Assembly: GCA_965200315.1 (NCBI GenBank)
Contig: OZ241362.1
Span: 2,784,001-2,848,000 of the forward strand
Direction: 5' to 3'
DNA: 64,000 nt
Origin: Candidatus Latescibacterota bacterium
Lineage (GTDB): Bacteria > Latescibacterota > UBA2968 > UBA8231
The notes beneath the pieces were generated by a model, which made no database searches, was not told the DNA's origin, and saw only the letters and a list, made by a program, of their open reading frames with translations. Below, in pieces: positions 18,255 through 27,410 of the stretch. Position numbers and translations under genes: made by a program. Each line of letters begins with the position of its first letter. The stretch's first letter is position 1.

Positions 18255-20852
18255 TTGGCGATCCTGTTTAACGAATTAAAGCAATCCGCTCTTGAATGGC
18301 GCAAGAACGGATATGCCTGTGATGAATACCCACTTATAGGCGAAATCCTCGCGTTCCAGATTGAAACACAGGAAGGCACCGCAACGCTCAAGTTCCTGCG
18401 TGACCCTCAGTTTCTCGCCCTTGAGGTGTATTGGTATGTCCGTCTCAAACTGAACACCCCTCACATCATAGACCTCTACAAGCACTACTACGGGGACGAT
18501 AAGAGAACTTTTTTTGAGACTCTCGGCGTTCCCATCTCGAGGGATGCGTTGGAATGGGCGACCACAGAGGCCGTTATCGAGAAGGTCAAAAGCGATCCCG
18601 ATTTTGTCTCTAAAAAGAAAATTCAGGCATTGCACGAGGCGGCGATGTTGGACTATCCGAGTTACATCCTCGCCTTGGCAATGGGTGCCGGGAAAACCGT
18701 GCTGATCGGGACGATTATAGCCACCGAGTTTGCCATGTCCCTGCGCTACCATCCCAAGGGCCACTTCATGAAAAACGCCCTCGTATTTGCGCCCGGCACG
18801 ACGATAATAGAATCCTTGCGCGAACTTAGCGATATGCCTTATGAGAACATTCTGCCGCCCGATCTCTATCGAGATTTTGCCGCCAATTTGAAAATTGAAT
18901 ACCCGAACAACGAAAAGGACATACAGGCTCAGACCAGCAGCAGCTATAACTTGATTATCACCAATACCGAAAAAATCAGTCTGCGAGCGCGGCGGAGAAG
19001 TAATCAGACCGAACTGGATTTCAAGGAAAAGGAACTACAAGCGAATTTGAGACTGCAAAAAATCGCCAGTCTGCCGGACCTCGGCATCTTCTCCGATGAA
19101 GCGCATCACACCTATGGAAATACCTTCAATCAGCTAAAGCGGGTGCGGGAAACCATCAACTACATCCATGAAAAAACCCCTATTGTCGCAGTCGTAAACA
19201 CCACCGGAACGCCTTATTACAAGAGACAGTATCTGAAAGAGGTTATTGTCTGGTATGGACTTGGAGATGGCATCAAGGATAACATCCTCAAAGATCTCAA
19301 CGACGGAATTCACCAATACGACATTAGCAAGCAGGCGGAGCAGAGCGTATTCAATGACATTATCCGGGAGTTTTTCAACCAATACGGCAAGGTCTCACTT
19401 CCGAACGGAGCAAAGGCGAAAATTGCTTTTTACTTTAAGACACAAGATCACTTGGACGATTCCCGTCCTTGGATTGAGCAGGCCATGACGGGAATGGGCG
19501 AAAACGTTTCTCAGATATTGGTTAATACCCAGCAATCAAGCCCGCCGGAAGTGGATGAATTTAAGCGCCTCAACAACCCGGCTAACCAGAAGCGCGTGAT
19601 TCTTCTGATTGGCAAAGGCGTTGAAGGATGGAACTGCCCAAGCCTGTTTGCCTGTGCGCTCATCAAAGAGCAGACGGCGAGCAACAACTACGTTTTACAG
19701 GCGGCGACCCGGTGCCTGCGACAGGTGCCGGGAAACAGGCACTCGGCGAAGGTATTTGTCGATTACGGCAATGTGCGGACGCTAGACAAGGAACTAAAAG
19801 ATAATTTTGGCACTGACCTCGACCTGCTCAGCGCGGCGTCGGGAGACAAGGAGACCGTAACACTGCGTATTGTAAAAACGGAACTGCCCAAACTGGAAAT
19901 CACCCGCACGATCAAGCGGGTTGTCCGCACTGAAAAACCAAGCGGTCATATCGCCCTGAACAAACCGGAATCGCAAGAAGTTCCTGTAGTACTACGCAGT
20001 ATCCTGACGCCGGATTTTAGCGGGCCACGGGAAATCCTGCTGCCGACTGGCGACACCAAGGAACTACCGGCCATAGCGGAGATGACGGGTTGCCATACTG
20101 CCGCTTGGAAGATCGCCTCGCGCTACCACCTGCCGGTAATGCCAATTTTGAAAAAACTCAATAGCCTGTATCCCGAAGGAGAAATGCCAAATAGCCATTT
20201 ATATGGGCTGTTCGAGCAAGTCGAGAGACAGCAAGCGAACTACGAAACCGTAGAAGAAAAAGTCACTGAGGCGATGGCCTTGATTCGGGTTCAGGATGAG
20301 AATGGAAATGATATTTTTGAAAAGGATGAGGACGGCGTTTACGTCCACCATCTGCGCCTGCTTAGGCGGACTTACGACCGGATGAGAACCGGCGGCCTGT
20401 TTGCCGACCGCGAGGAATATGTAGACGAGCACGACCTGACTTTTCACTACACGCCGTACAATTTTGACAGCGAACCGGAGCGGTCCTTTTTCCGGCAAAT
20501 TCTGTCCGCGCTCAATACAAACCCCGATGATGTGGAGGTGTTTCTGTTTACGGGCGGATTGACCGACCCAAAGAAGACTGACTTTCATTTTGAATACATG
20601 GGTGAGGACAAGCGATATCACCGCTATTTCCCCGACTTTGTCATTGTCAAGAAGACGGGCGAGTTTTACATTGTCGAGGTGAAAGATGAAAGCGAGCGTG
20701 GCGATAGAATAGTAGAGGCGAAGAAAAAGGCGGTAGAGAGATTGCAGAAGATGCAACCCGATAAGTTCAGGTATAATATCGTCTATACTTCGGCGACCGC
20801 AACGAGCGCGGCGCAAATCAAGCCAGTTGCTACTTGGATAAACTCACAGTGA
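18255..20852 (+). CDS. res: Type III restriction enzyme Res subunit (SF2 helicase + PD-(D/E)XK nuclease)
   Basis: AMGAGKT Walker A, DEAHH, TGTP, EGWN, QAATRCLR and C-terminal YFPDF...IVEVKD; TTG start after agggag. Confidence 0.85.
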   Translation: MAILFNELKQSALEWRKNGYACDEYPLIGEILAFQIETQEGTATLKFLRDPQFLALEVYWYVRLKLNTPHIIDLYKHYYGDDKRTFFETLGVPISRDALEWATTEAVIEKVKSDPDFVSKKKIQALHEAAMLDYPSYILALAMGAGKTVLIGTIIATEFAMSLRYHPKGHFMKNALVFAPGTTIIESLRELSDMPYENILPPDLYRDFAANLKIEYPNNEKDIQAQTSSSYNLIITNTEKISLRARRRSNQTELDFKEKELQANLRLQKIASLPDLGIFSDEAHHTYGNTFNQLKRVRETINYIHEKTPIVAVVNTTGTPYYKRQYLKEVIVWYGLGDGIKDNILKDLNDGIHQYDISKQAEQSVFNDIIREFFNQYGKVSLPNGAKAKIAFYFKTQDHLDDSRPWIEQAMTGMGENVSQILVNTQQSSPPEVDEFKRLNNPANQKRVILLIGKGVEGWNCPSLFACALIKEQTASNNYVLQAATRCLRQVPGNRHSAKVFVDYGNVRTLDKELKDNFGTDLDLLSAASGDKETVTLRIVKTELPKLEITRTIKRVVRTEKPSGHIALNKPESQEVPVVLRSILTPDFSGPREILLPTGDTKELPAIAEMTGCHTAAWKIASRYHLPVMPILKKLNSLYPEGEMPNSHLYGLFEQVERQQANYETVEEKVTEAMALIRVQDENGNDIFEKDEDGVYVHHLRLLRRTYDRMRTGGLFADREEYVDEHDLTFHYTPYNFDSEPERSFFRQILSALNTNPDDVEVFLFTGGLTDPKKTDFHFEYMGEDKRYHRYFPDFVIVKKTGEFYIVEVKDESERGDRIVEAKKKAVERLQKMQPDKFRYNIVYTSATATSAAQIKPVATWINSQ

Positions 20853-20971
20853 GGAGGTAGGCATGAAAACTCATAACTTATTCTTGATCATATTCTGACG
20901 ACTATCAAAAATTAAAGTCGCTACTGGAAACTCACAGTTGTTGAAACCTTCCTTTTGCAGGTAAAAATTAA

Positions 20972-22795
20972 ATGAAAACTCCACTCAAAATCGCCCCGAT
21001 CAAAGGTCGCCCAATGCTGCATTGGGTTGGCAAGAAACCACTAGACGTTGTGCGGCATTTTCCAGCGCAGTTGTGTGAGACGGTGGAAGTTGACAATCCG
21101 TCGGCCGAGCCGTCCTATAAGGAGTTTGTCAAGAGTAATTACAATCTGCTCTTTCACGGCGATAACAAGGAGATTCTCTCCTCGCTTTTGACTGCCGGAT
21201 TTCGGAGCAAGATTGATCTAATCTATATTGATCCGCCCTTTGATTCTGGAGCGGATTATGTCCGCACAGTTCGGTTGCGCGGGCAGTCTGTAAAACTGGA
21301 AGGCAAGGAGCATTCTTCTATTGAACAGGCGCAGTACGAGGATATATGGGCAAACGATAATTATTTACAGTTCATGTATGAACGGCTGATTTTAATGCGG
21401 GAATTGCTGAGTGATAAGGGCAGCATTTATCTGCATTGTGACCCGAACAAGTCTCACTCTCTTAAACTGCTCATGGATGAGGTATTCGGTACAGAAAATT
21501 TCTTGAATGATATTTCATGGTGCTACAGCGAGCGAGAGGCAGATAAAAAGAAATACAATTGGAAACACGACTGCCTACTATTCTATAGCAAGGATTCAAC
21601 AGCAAATAGGATTTTTAATTGGCGAGAAATTGCTATTGATTATGCGGAATCTAGCGTCAAAAAGTACAACCTGACAGACAATGCAGGTCGGCGGTTTCAA
21701 ATTAGAGGGGGCGGTGGACACCTAACTGGAAAACAACAACTCAAACTTGAAGATGAACAGAAATATCCCGATTGGACTTACCGAGATTATTTGGATGAAA
21801 AAGAAGGTGTCCCGCCCCGCGATTATTTCACCGATATAGATTTTGAGAATCGCGCATCGAATCGCAGGACAGAATATCCCACCCAAAAACCCGAGGCCCT
21901 TTTAGAACGTATAATCAAGGCGTCAAGCAATGAAGGTTCCATCGTCTTGGACTGCTTCTGCGGCTCCGGCACTACCGCCGCTGTTGCGGAAAAGCTGGGC
22001 CGCCGCTGGATTATGGCGGACCTGAACAAGGGCGCGATTCAAACCACCATCAAGCGACTGCAAGGCATTATCCAAAAAAAGAACGGCGATCTTATAGACA
22101 ATGGACGAGGGTTGATTCACTACCGGGTGAACAACTACGATTTTGCCAAAGAGAATGGACTTAAAAAAATTATCATCTCCAAATACGGTATTCAAACAGA
22201 TCGCAAGGACTTATTCTTTGACGGGTTAGCCGGCGAACAGTTGGCGAAAATCATTGAATTGAACCGACCACTGACTCGCCTAGACATTCAGATTATCAAG
22301 GACGAAATCGCCAACAACCGGCCTGACGAAACGCGCGATATCGCGGTTTTCTGCAACGGATCGGAATTGGGGATCATCGAAGAACTCGCCCAGGAGAAAA
22401 GTCCGATCAATAAAATAATCGTCCGCGACATTCAACAAGACGGCATGATCACTAACCATCCACCAGAAGCAGACGTGAGAATTGCCAAAAAAGGCAAAGA
22501 AGTTAAGATCAAAATTACCGACTACATTAGCCCTTCCATCCTTGCGAGAATGGAAATAGACAGAACATTCTTCGAGGAGCAAATCGGCGACTTTCAGGCA
22601 CAGATCGACTGCGTTCTAATTGACACCGACTACAACGGCGAAAATTTCAACATCGTAGAAAGCGACCTGCCGCAGAGGAAAACCGATTTCATCAAGGGTG
22701 AATACAAATTGACGCTTCCCCGCGCCGATGCGACAGTGGCGGTAAAAATAGTCGATATGCTGGGAGAGGAAGTGGTCGCGGTCGCACAACCGTAA
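20972..22795 (+). CDS. mod: Type III R-M Mod subunit, beta-class amino-methyltransferase
   Basis: IYIDPPF, YPTQKPEALLERII and LDCFCGSGTT in beta order; adjacent to res; lower GC. Confidence 0.88.
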   Translation: MKTPLKIAPIKGRPMLHWVGKKPLDVVRHFPAQLCETVEVDNPSAEPSYKEFVKSNYNLLFHGDNKEILSSLLTAGFRSKIDLIYIDPPFDSGADYVRTVRLRGQSVKLEGKEHSSIEQAQYEDIWANDNYLQFMYERLILMRELLSDKGSIYLHCDPNKSHSLKLLMDEVFGTENFLNDISWCYSEREADKKKYNWKHDCLLFYSKDSTANRIFNWREIAIDYAESSVKKYNLTDNAGRRFQIRGGGGHLTGKQQLKLEDEQKYPDWTYRDYLDEKEGVPPRDYFTDIDFENRASNRRTEYPTQKPEALLERIIKASSNEGSIVLDCFCGSGTTAAVAEKLGRRWIMADLNKGAIQTTIKRLQGIIQKKNGDLIDNGRGLIHYRVNNYDFAKENGLKKIIISKYGIQTDRKDLFFDGLAGEQLAKIIELNRPLTRLDIQIIKDEIANNRPDETRDIAVFCNGSELGIIEELAQEKSPINKIIVRDIQQDGMITNHPPEADVRIAKKGKEVKIKITDYISPSILARMEIDRTFFEEQIGDFQAQIDCVLIDTDYNGENFNIVESDLPQRKTDFIKGEYKLTLPRADATVAVKIVDMLGEEVVAVAQP

Positions 22796-22847
22796 ACTTT
22801 CAAACAAGAAAGAGCAAAAGAAGTTTTCTAGGGTAGATTTATTTTTT

Positions 22848-24794
22848 ATGAGCCAGCCCTGTATCAGCGACGCCCAATCCCTCGAGCCGCCCCCAGCCGT
22901 TCTCGACGCCGCGCTGGGCCGGCTCGGCTTTGAGCGCTTTCTGCCCGGCCAACGCGAGGCCATCGAAACCCTGCTCGCCACCGGTCGCCTGCTTTTGGTC
23001 GCCCCCACTGGCGGCGGCAAGAGTTTGACCTACCAGCTACCTGCGGCCCTCCTGCCAGGCACGGCCTTAGTGGTCTCGCCGCTCATCGCCCTGATGCACG
23101 ATCAAGTGCAAGCATTAGAAAGGCGCGGCCTCGCCGCCACGTACCTATCCTCCACTCTCGATGGCGACGAGTTGCGCCGCCGCATGCGCGGGGTAGCCCA
23201 AGGCCAGTACAAGCTGGTCTATGCCGCGCCCGAACGGCTGACCTTCTCCGGCTTCCGCGCCCTCCTGAGCCAGATCAAGTGCTCGCTCATTGCCGTGGAC
23301 GAAGCCCACTGCATCAGCGAGTGGGGCCACGACTTCCGGCCCGAGTACTTGCAGATCGGCGAGCTAGTAAGCGAGTTGCCCGATTGTCGAGTCCTCGCCT
23401 GCACCGCCACGGCCACGCCGGTGGTGCGCGACGAAATCCTCGAACGCCTCGGGCTGCCAAGCGGCACCCCACAGCTAGTGCGCGGCTTTGCGCGGCCCAA
23501 CCTCTCGCTGCGAGTCGTCGAAATCAACAGGGCCGCCGAGCGGCGGCGGCGGGTTGATGCCTTGCTGGCCGAAGCACTCAAAGGCCCCAACCGCAAACCG
23601 GGCACCGCCATCGTCTATGCGCCTACCCGCAAGGGCACGGAGGAAGAAGCCGCCCGGCTGCAAGGGGATGGCTGGCGGGTGGCCGCTTATCACGCGGGCA
23701 TGACGGGGCCAGACCGCGACGCCGTTCAGCGCGCCTTTATGCAAGATCAAATCCAAGTCGTGGTGGCTACCAATGCCTTTGGCATGGGTATTGACCGCGC
23801 CGATGTGCGCGCCATTGCCCATCTGGCCCCACCCAGCTCAATTGAAGCGTACTATCAGGAAGTGGGCCGCGCTGGGCGCGACGGCCAAGACGCCTACTGC
23901 CTGCTGCTGGTCTCGCCCGGCGACATGGCACTGCGCCGGCACCTAATACAAAGCGATGCCAACGGCCGCGCTCCCGACCAAGCGGTGGTCCAGCACAAGT
24001 GGAATCTCTTTTTAGAGCTGATGCGTTGGTGCGAGGGCGGCTCCTGTCGCCACGACGCGATTTTGCGCTACTTCGGCGACGAGGAAGAAACGCTCTCGGG
24101 CTGTGGTCGCTGCGACGTCTGTTGTAGTCTCTCTCATGCCGAGGCGGGCGATGCCACAGAGGTCGCCACCACCGTGCGCAAAGCCCTTTGCGCGGTCGCC
24201 CGCCTGCACGGACGCTACGGCATCCAAATGGCGGCCAAGCTCCTGCGCGGCACTCAAGACGTGCGTCTTGCACGCGACGGCCTAGATCGAACTCCGACCT
24301 TTGGCATCCTCAAGGAGTATCCTGAGCGCTGGCTTTTGCAGCTTTTGCGCCGGTTGGTCACGGCCGGTTGGATCGATTTTTCCGGCGGCGAGCGGCCGGT
24401 CGTGATCCTCACGGAAGAGGGACGCCAAGTCATTCACGCCGAGCGGCCCGCACGCCTACTGCTGCCGCCGAAGTCGGCCCCGCCCCCGGCAGCCCGCACC
24501 GCGCGCGTCCGTCCTTCGGCTGAGCTCAGGTCGAAGCCTCGCATTCCCGATCCTAGCGAGAGTTTTGACGAAAATGCCCAAGCCCTCTTCGATGCACTGC
24601 GCCATCACCGCATGACGCTGGCCCGCGACGAAAAGGTTCCGCCCTACGTCATCGCCAGCGACCGCACGCTCCGCGATATCGTCCTGCTGCGGCCTGCCAA
24701 CCTCGAAGAGCTCAAACTGGCGCACGGCATTGGCCCGGCCAAGGCCGAAAAATACGGCGACGGTCTGCTGGCTATCGTCCAACAGGCTGCCTGA
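22848..24794 (+). CDS. recQ: RecQ family DNA helicase with RQC and HRDC domains
   Basis: PTGGGKS, DEAHCISEWGHDFRPEY, TATA, ATNAFGMGID, QEVGRAGRDG, CGRCDVC and HRDC (VPPYVI...GIGPAKAEKYG). Confidence 0.95.
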   Translation: MSQPCISDAQSLEPPPAVLDAALGRLGFERFLPGQREAIETLLATGRLLLVAPTGGGKSLTYQLPAALLPGTALVVSPLIALMHDQVQALERRGLAATYLSSTLDGDELRRRMRGVAQGQYKLVYAAPERLTFSGFRALLSQIKCSLIAVDEAHCISEWGHDFRPEYLQIGELVSELPDCRVLACTATATPVVRDEILERLGLPSGTPQLVRGFARPNLSLRVVEINRAAERRRRVDALLAEALKGPNRKPGTAIVYAPTRKGTEEEAARLQGDGWRVAAYHAGMTGPDRDAVQRAFMQDQIQVVVATNAFGMGIDRADVRAIAHLAPPSSIEAYYQEVGRAGRDGQDAYCLLLVSPGDMALRRHLIQSDANGRAPDQAVVQHKWNLFLELMRWCEGGSCRHDAILRYFGDEEETLSGCGRCDVCCSLSHAEAGDATEVATTVRKALCAVARLHGRYGIQMAAKLLRGTQDVRLARDGLDRTPTFGILKEYPERWLLQLLRRLVTAGWIDFSGGERPVVILTEEGRQVIHAERPARLLLPPKSAPPPAARTARVRPSAELRSKPRIPDPSESFDENAQALFDALRHHRMTLARDEKVPPYVIASDRTLRDIVLLRPANLEELKLAHGIGPAKAEKYGDGLLAIVQQAA

Positions 24795-24858
24795 ATGCTC
24801 ATAAACCAAAGGGGGAAGTAACTAAAAGTTTGTTTCTTTTGAGGATATGTTACCCTCG

Positions 24859-24898
24859 GCAGCGGCTCGGCATCTGCGTCGCCGAAAATAATCGTGCC
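24859..24898 (-). pseudogene. 40-nt fragment of a clan AA aspartic protease gene
   Basis: Encodes GTIIFGDADAEPL, identical in protein to 57734-57773 (35/40 nt). Confidence 0.65.
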
Positions 24899-24908
24899 GA
24901 CGGTCGAG

Positions 24909-25097
24909 CTAAGCGGTTGCTGGCGGCTCCGTTTTCTGGTCACCCAAACGACAGGAGGGCAATCTGATATACTGTCGGCCGCTGGCCTGCTCTTGCGCTT
25001 TGAGGTCCTCGACGATCAAATCTAAGTCGTAACCAAACCGCGCTGCATGTTCCTGTCTAATGCGCCGCACTTCGGCGACGATGGGATCATCTTTCAT
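24909..25097 (-). CDS. Small protein downstream of the PIN gene (putative antitoxin/partner)
   Basis: MKDDPIVAEVRRIRQEHAARFGYDL; 4-nt ATGA overlap with the PIN gene. Confidence 0.7.
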   Translation of the reverse strand: MKDDPIVAEVRRIRQEHAARFGYDLDLIVEDLKAQEQASGRQYIRLPSCRLGDQKTEPPATA

Positions 25098-25591
25098 GGC
25101 GCATCCTCCAAAAGTTCCTCCGGCTTACAGATGATCGCCGGCTCATATCCTTTATCTCGACAGAATGCCTCAATTCGCACCCTTGCGCTTGCACCAGCTA
25201 AATGGCGATAGTTCCACGTCAACAGATATGTACAGCGGTTGACTACGGCGACCGCAACGTGCAAGGCATCCTCAAGAGAAGTCTTAGGAATTGCTGCATT
25301 CTCTACCAACGTATGAGCCAAAGCTGTCGCGTTTGGGGTAATTTTGAGTAACTCCACACCTTTCAGTATATCCAGTCTGCGCTGAGCTACCTGCACATCA
25401 CCTCCACCTGCCTCTTGGAGCACCAGTTGCGAAGCAACAACTCTGAAGTCCTGTCTTCTATGCTCCCAACATTCTTGGGTCGATTGCTGATGTCCGGCTA
25501 TGACTACATCGCGGCTTGGCTTGGCCGCGAGGCAACTCGCCACCGTCGTCTCCAAGTAAACGACGGGGAGACTAGCCAGCTTGCTATTCAC
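25094..25591 (-). CDS. PIN domain (VapC-like) protein
   Basis: VYLETTV, SQLVLQEAGGGD, DALHVAVA and LLTWNYRHLA. Confidence 0.85.
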   Translation of the reverse strand: MNSKLASLPVVYLETTVASCLAAKPSRDVVIAGHQQSTQECWEHRRQDFRVVASQLVLQEAGGGDVQVAQRRLDILKGVELLKITPNATALAHTLVENAAIPKTSLEDALHVAVAVVNRCTYLLTWNYRHLAGASARVRIEAFCRDKGYEPAIICKPEELLEDAP

Positions 25592-25828
25592 GATGCGCTC
25601 CGCTGGCCTTGCGGCTCAAGGCCGATTCCAAGATGACGCCTAGCACGTCAACTGCACTTTCTTGACATGGGCTATGGACATAACTGACATAAGTATAGAA
25701 GAATTTCGCGGTTAGGAAAATTTTTGCTACTTTGAGGAGAGTCGCCGTCGGGTCGCGAATGGCTACGGCGACGGTCTGCTCGCCATCGTCCAACAGGCCG
25801 CCTAACTCGCTCGTCTGGAGAACGTTTC

Positions 25829-26800
25829 ATGGCTACAATTCGCTGGGGCATCATTGGCTGCGGTGACGTCACCGAAGTAAAGAGCGGCCCCGCTCTTTAT
25901 AAGACGCCCGATTCCGAACTGGTAGCGGTCATGCGCCGCAGCACTGACAAGGCCCGCGACTATGCCGCACGCCACGGCGTACCCAAGTGGTACGACCAAG
26001 CCGACGCACTCATCGGCGACCCGGACGTCAATGCGGTCTATATCGCGACGCCCCCCGACACCCACGCTCACTACGCGGCCCAAGTCGCCCGCGCCGGCAA
26101 ACCTGTTTACGTCGAAAAGCCGATGGCGCGCAACTACGGAGAGTGCTTGGCAATGATCGACGCCTGCCGCCGGGCCGGGGTGCCGCTTTTCGTCGCGTAC
26201 TACCGCCGCGCCCTGCCCGCTTTCCTCAAGGTCCAGTCGCTAGTTGAGGAAGGGGCTATCGGCGCGGTGCGCTTCGCTTCCATCGCGCTCTGCCAACCCG
26301 CGTCAGAGGAGCCCGACGACCTGCCTTGGCGCGTCGTCCCTGAGATTTCGGGCGGCGGCTATTTCTTCGACTTGGCCTCTCACCAGCTCGACTTCCTCGA
26401 CTTTCTCCTCGGCCCCATCGCCCAAGCCTCGGGCCACGCGCTCAACCAAGCCGGGCTCTACCAAGCCGAAGACGCCGTTACCGCCAGCTTTGCCTTCGAG
26501 TCCGGCGCACTCGGCTTAGGAGTTTGGAACTTCGCCGCGGACCAGCACCGCGACCGGATCGAAATTGTCGGCGACAAGGGCCGAATCGCCTTTTCCACGT
26601 TTGCTTTCACCCCGGTCGAATTGATTGCCAACGCCGGCCCCCAAACCTTCGCCATTGACCCACCCCAACACGTCCAGCAACCCCTAGTCCAGACGGTAGT
26701 AGATGCCCTATTGGGTCGGGGCACATGCCCCAGCACCGGCGCAAGCGCCGCTCACACTAGCCGGGTCATGGACCAAATCGTTCACGGTCATGCCGCCTAA
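25829..26800 (+). CDS. Gfo/Idh/MocA family oxidoreductase
   Basis: WGIIGCGDV, YIATPP, VYVEKPM and DLASHQLD. Confidence 0.9.
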   Translation: MATIRWGIIGCGDVTEVKSGPALYKTPDSELVAVMRRSTDKARDYAARHGVPKWYDQADALIGDPDVNAVYIATPPDTHAHYAAQVARAGKPVYVEKPMARNYGECLAMIDACRRAGVPLFVAYYRRALPAFLKVQSLVEEGAIGAVRFASIALCQPASEEPDDLPWRVVPEISGGGYFFDLASHQLDFLDFLLGPIAQASGHALNQAGLYQAEDAVTASFAFESGALGLGVWNFAADQHRDRIEIVGDKGRIAFSTFAFTPVELIANAGPQTFAIDPPQHVQQPLVQTVVDALLGRGTCPSTGASAAHTSRVMDQIVHGHAA

Positions 26801-27248
26801 AAGCCACGTCCTCAAAGCATCGATGACCTTGCCCCTCGGGCGCGAGGAGGTCTTCGCCTTCTTCGCCGAGGCGCAAAACCTCGAGCGCATTACCCCACCC
26901 GAATTGAAATTCGGCATCGTCAGCCCGACTCCCATCACAATTGCCGCCGGCACCCTCATCGACTATCGCCTCAGCCTCTTTGGCCTGTCCTTCACTTGGT
27001 GTTCGCGGATTTCACACTGGGACCCACCCCACTACTTTGTAGACGAGCAACTCAAGGGGCCTTATAGCTTTTGGCACCACACCCATACCTTCACTGAAAG
27101 CAGCGAGGGGACTGTGATCGGCGACCGCGTTCTCTACCGTCTGCCGCTGTGGCCGTTGAGCGCAATCGGTTTGCCTCTCGTCAAACTCCAGCTCAAACGC
27201 ATTTTTGCTTACCGGCAGCAGGCAATTCGCGAGCTATTGCTCCGCTAA
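26790..27248 (+). CDS. SRPBCC family protein
   Basis: VFAFFAEAQNLERITPP, FVDEQLKGPYSFWHHTH and IFAYRQ. Confidence 0.85.
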   Translation: MPPKSHVLKASMTLPLGREEVFAFFAEAQNLERITPPELKFGIVSPTPITIAAGTLIDYRLSLFGLSFTWCSRISHWDPPHYFVDEQLKGPYSFWHHTHTFTESSEGTVIGDRVLYRLPLWPLSAIGLPLVKLQLKRIFAYRQQAIRELLLR

Positions 27249-27410
27249 CGCCGCAGCGTTCGCTGCAAAATCACCTCCCTTTCCCGCCATTTTTGTCGCT
27301 CTAATCTGACAACTTTGCAATCAACGCTTGGGCAACGACCCAAATTTTCTTATTTATATAAACTTCCTCCTGCATGTATTCCATCTATCGCACCTAAAAG
27401 GGGGTTCGAC

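Larger units (their letters stand above)
24753..25805. mobile_element. PIN-TA islet bounded by a 42-bp direct repeat of the recQ 3' end
   Basis: 24753-24794 vs 25764-25805 match at 38/42 nt; all four differences are synonymous, including TGA/TAA. Confidence 0.75.

Noticed and set aside
20972-22795. Phase-variable mod (phasevarion)
   Set aside because: No long simple-sequence repeat tract, only short A runs.
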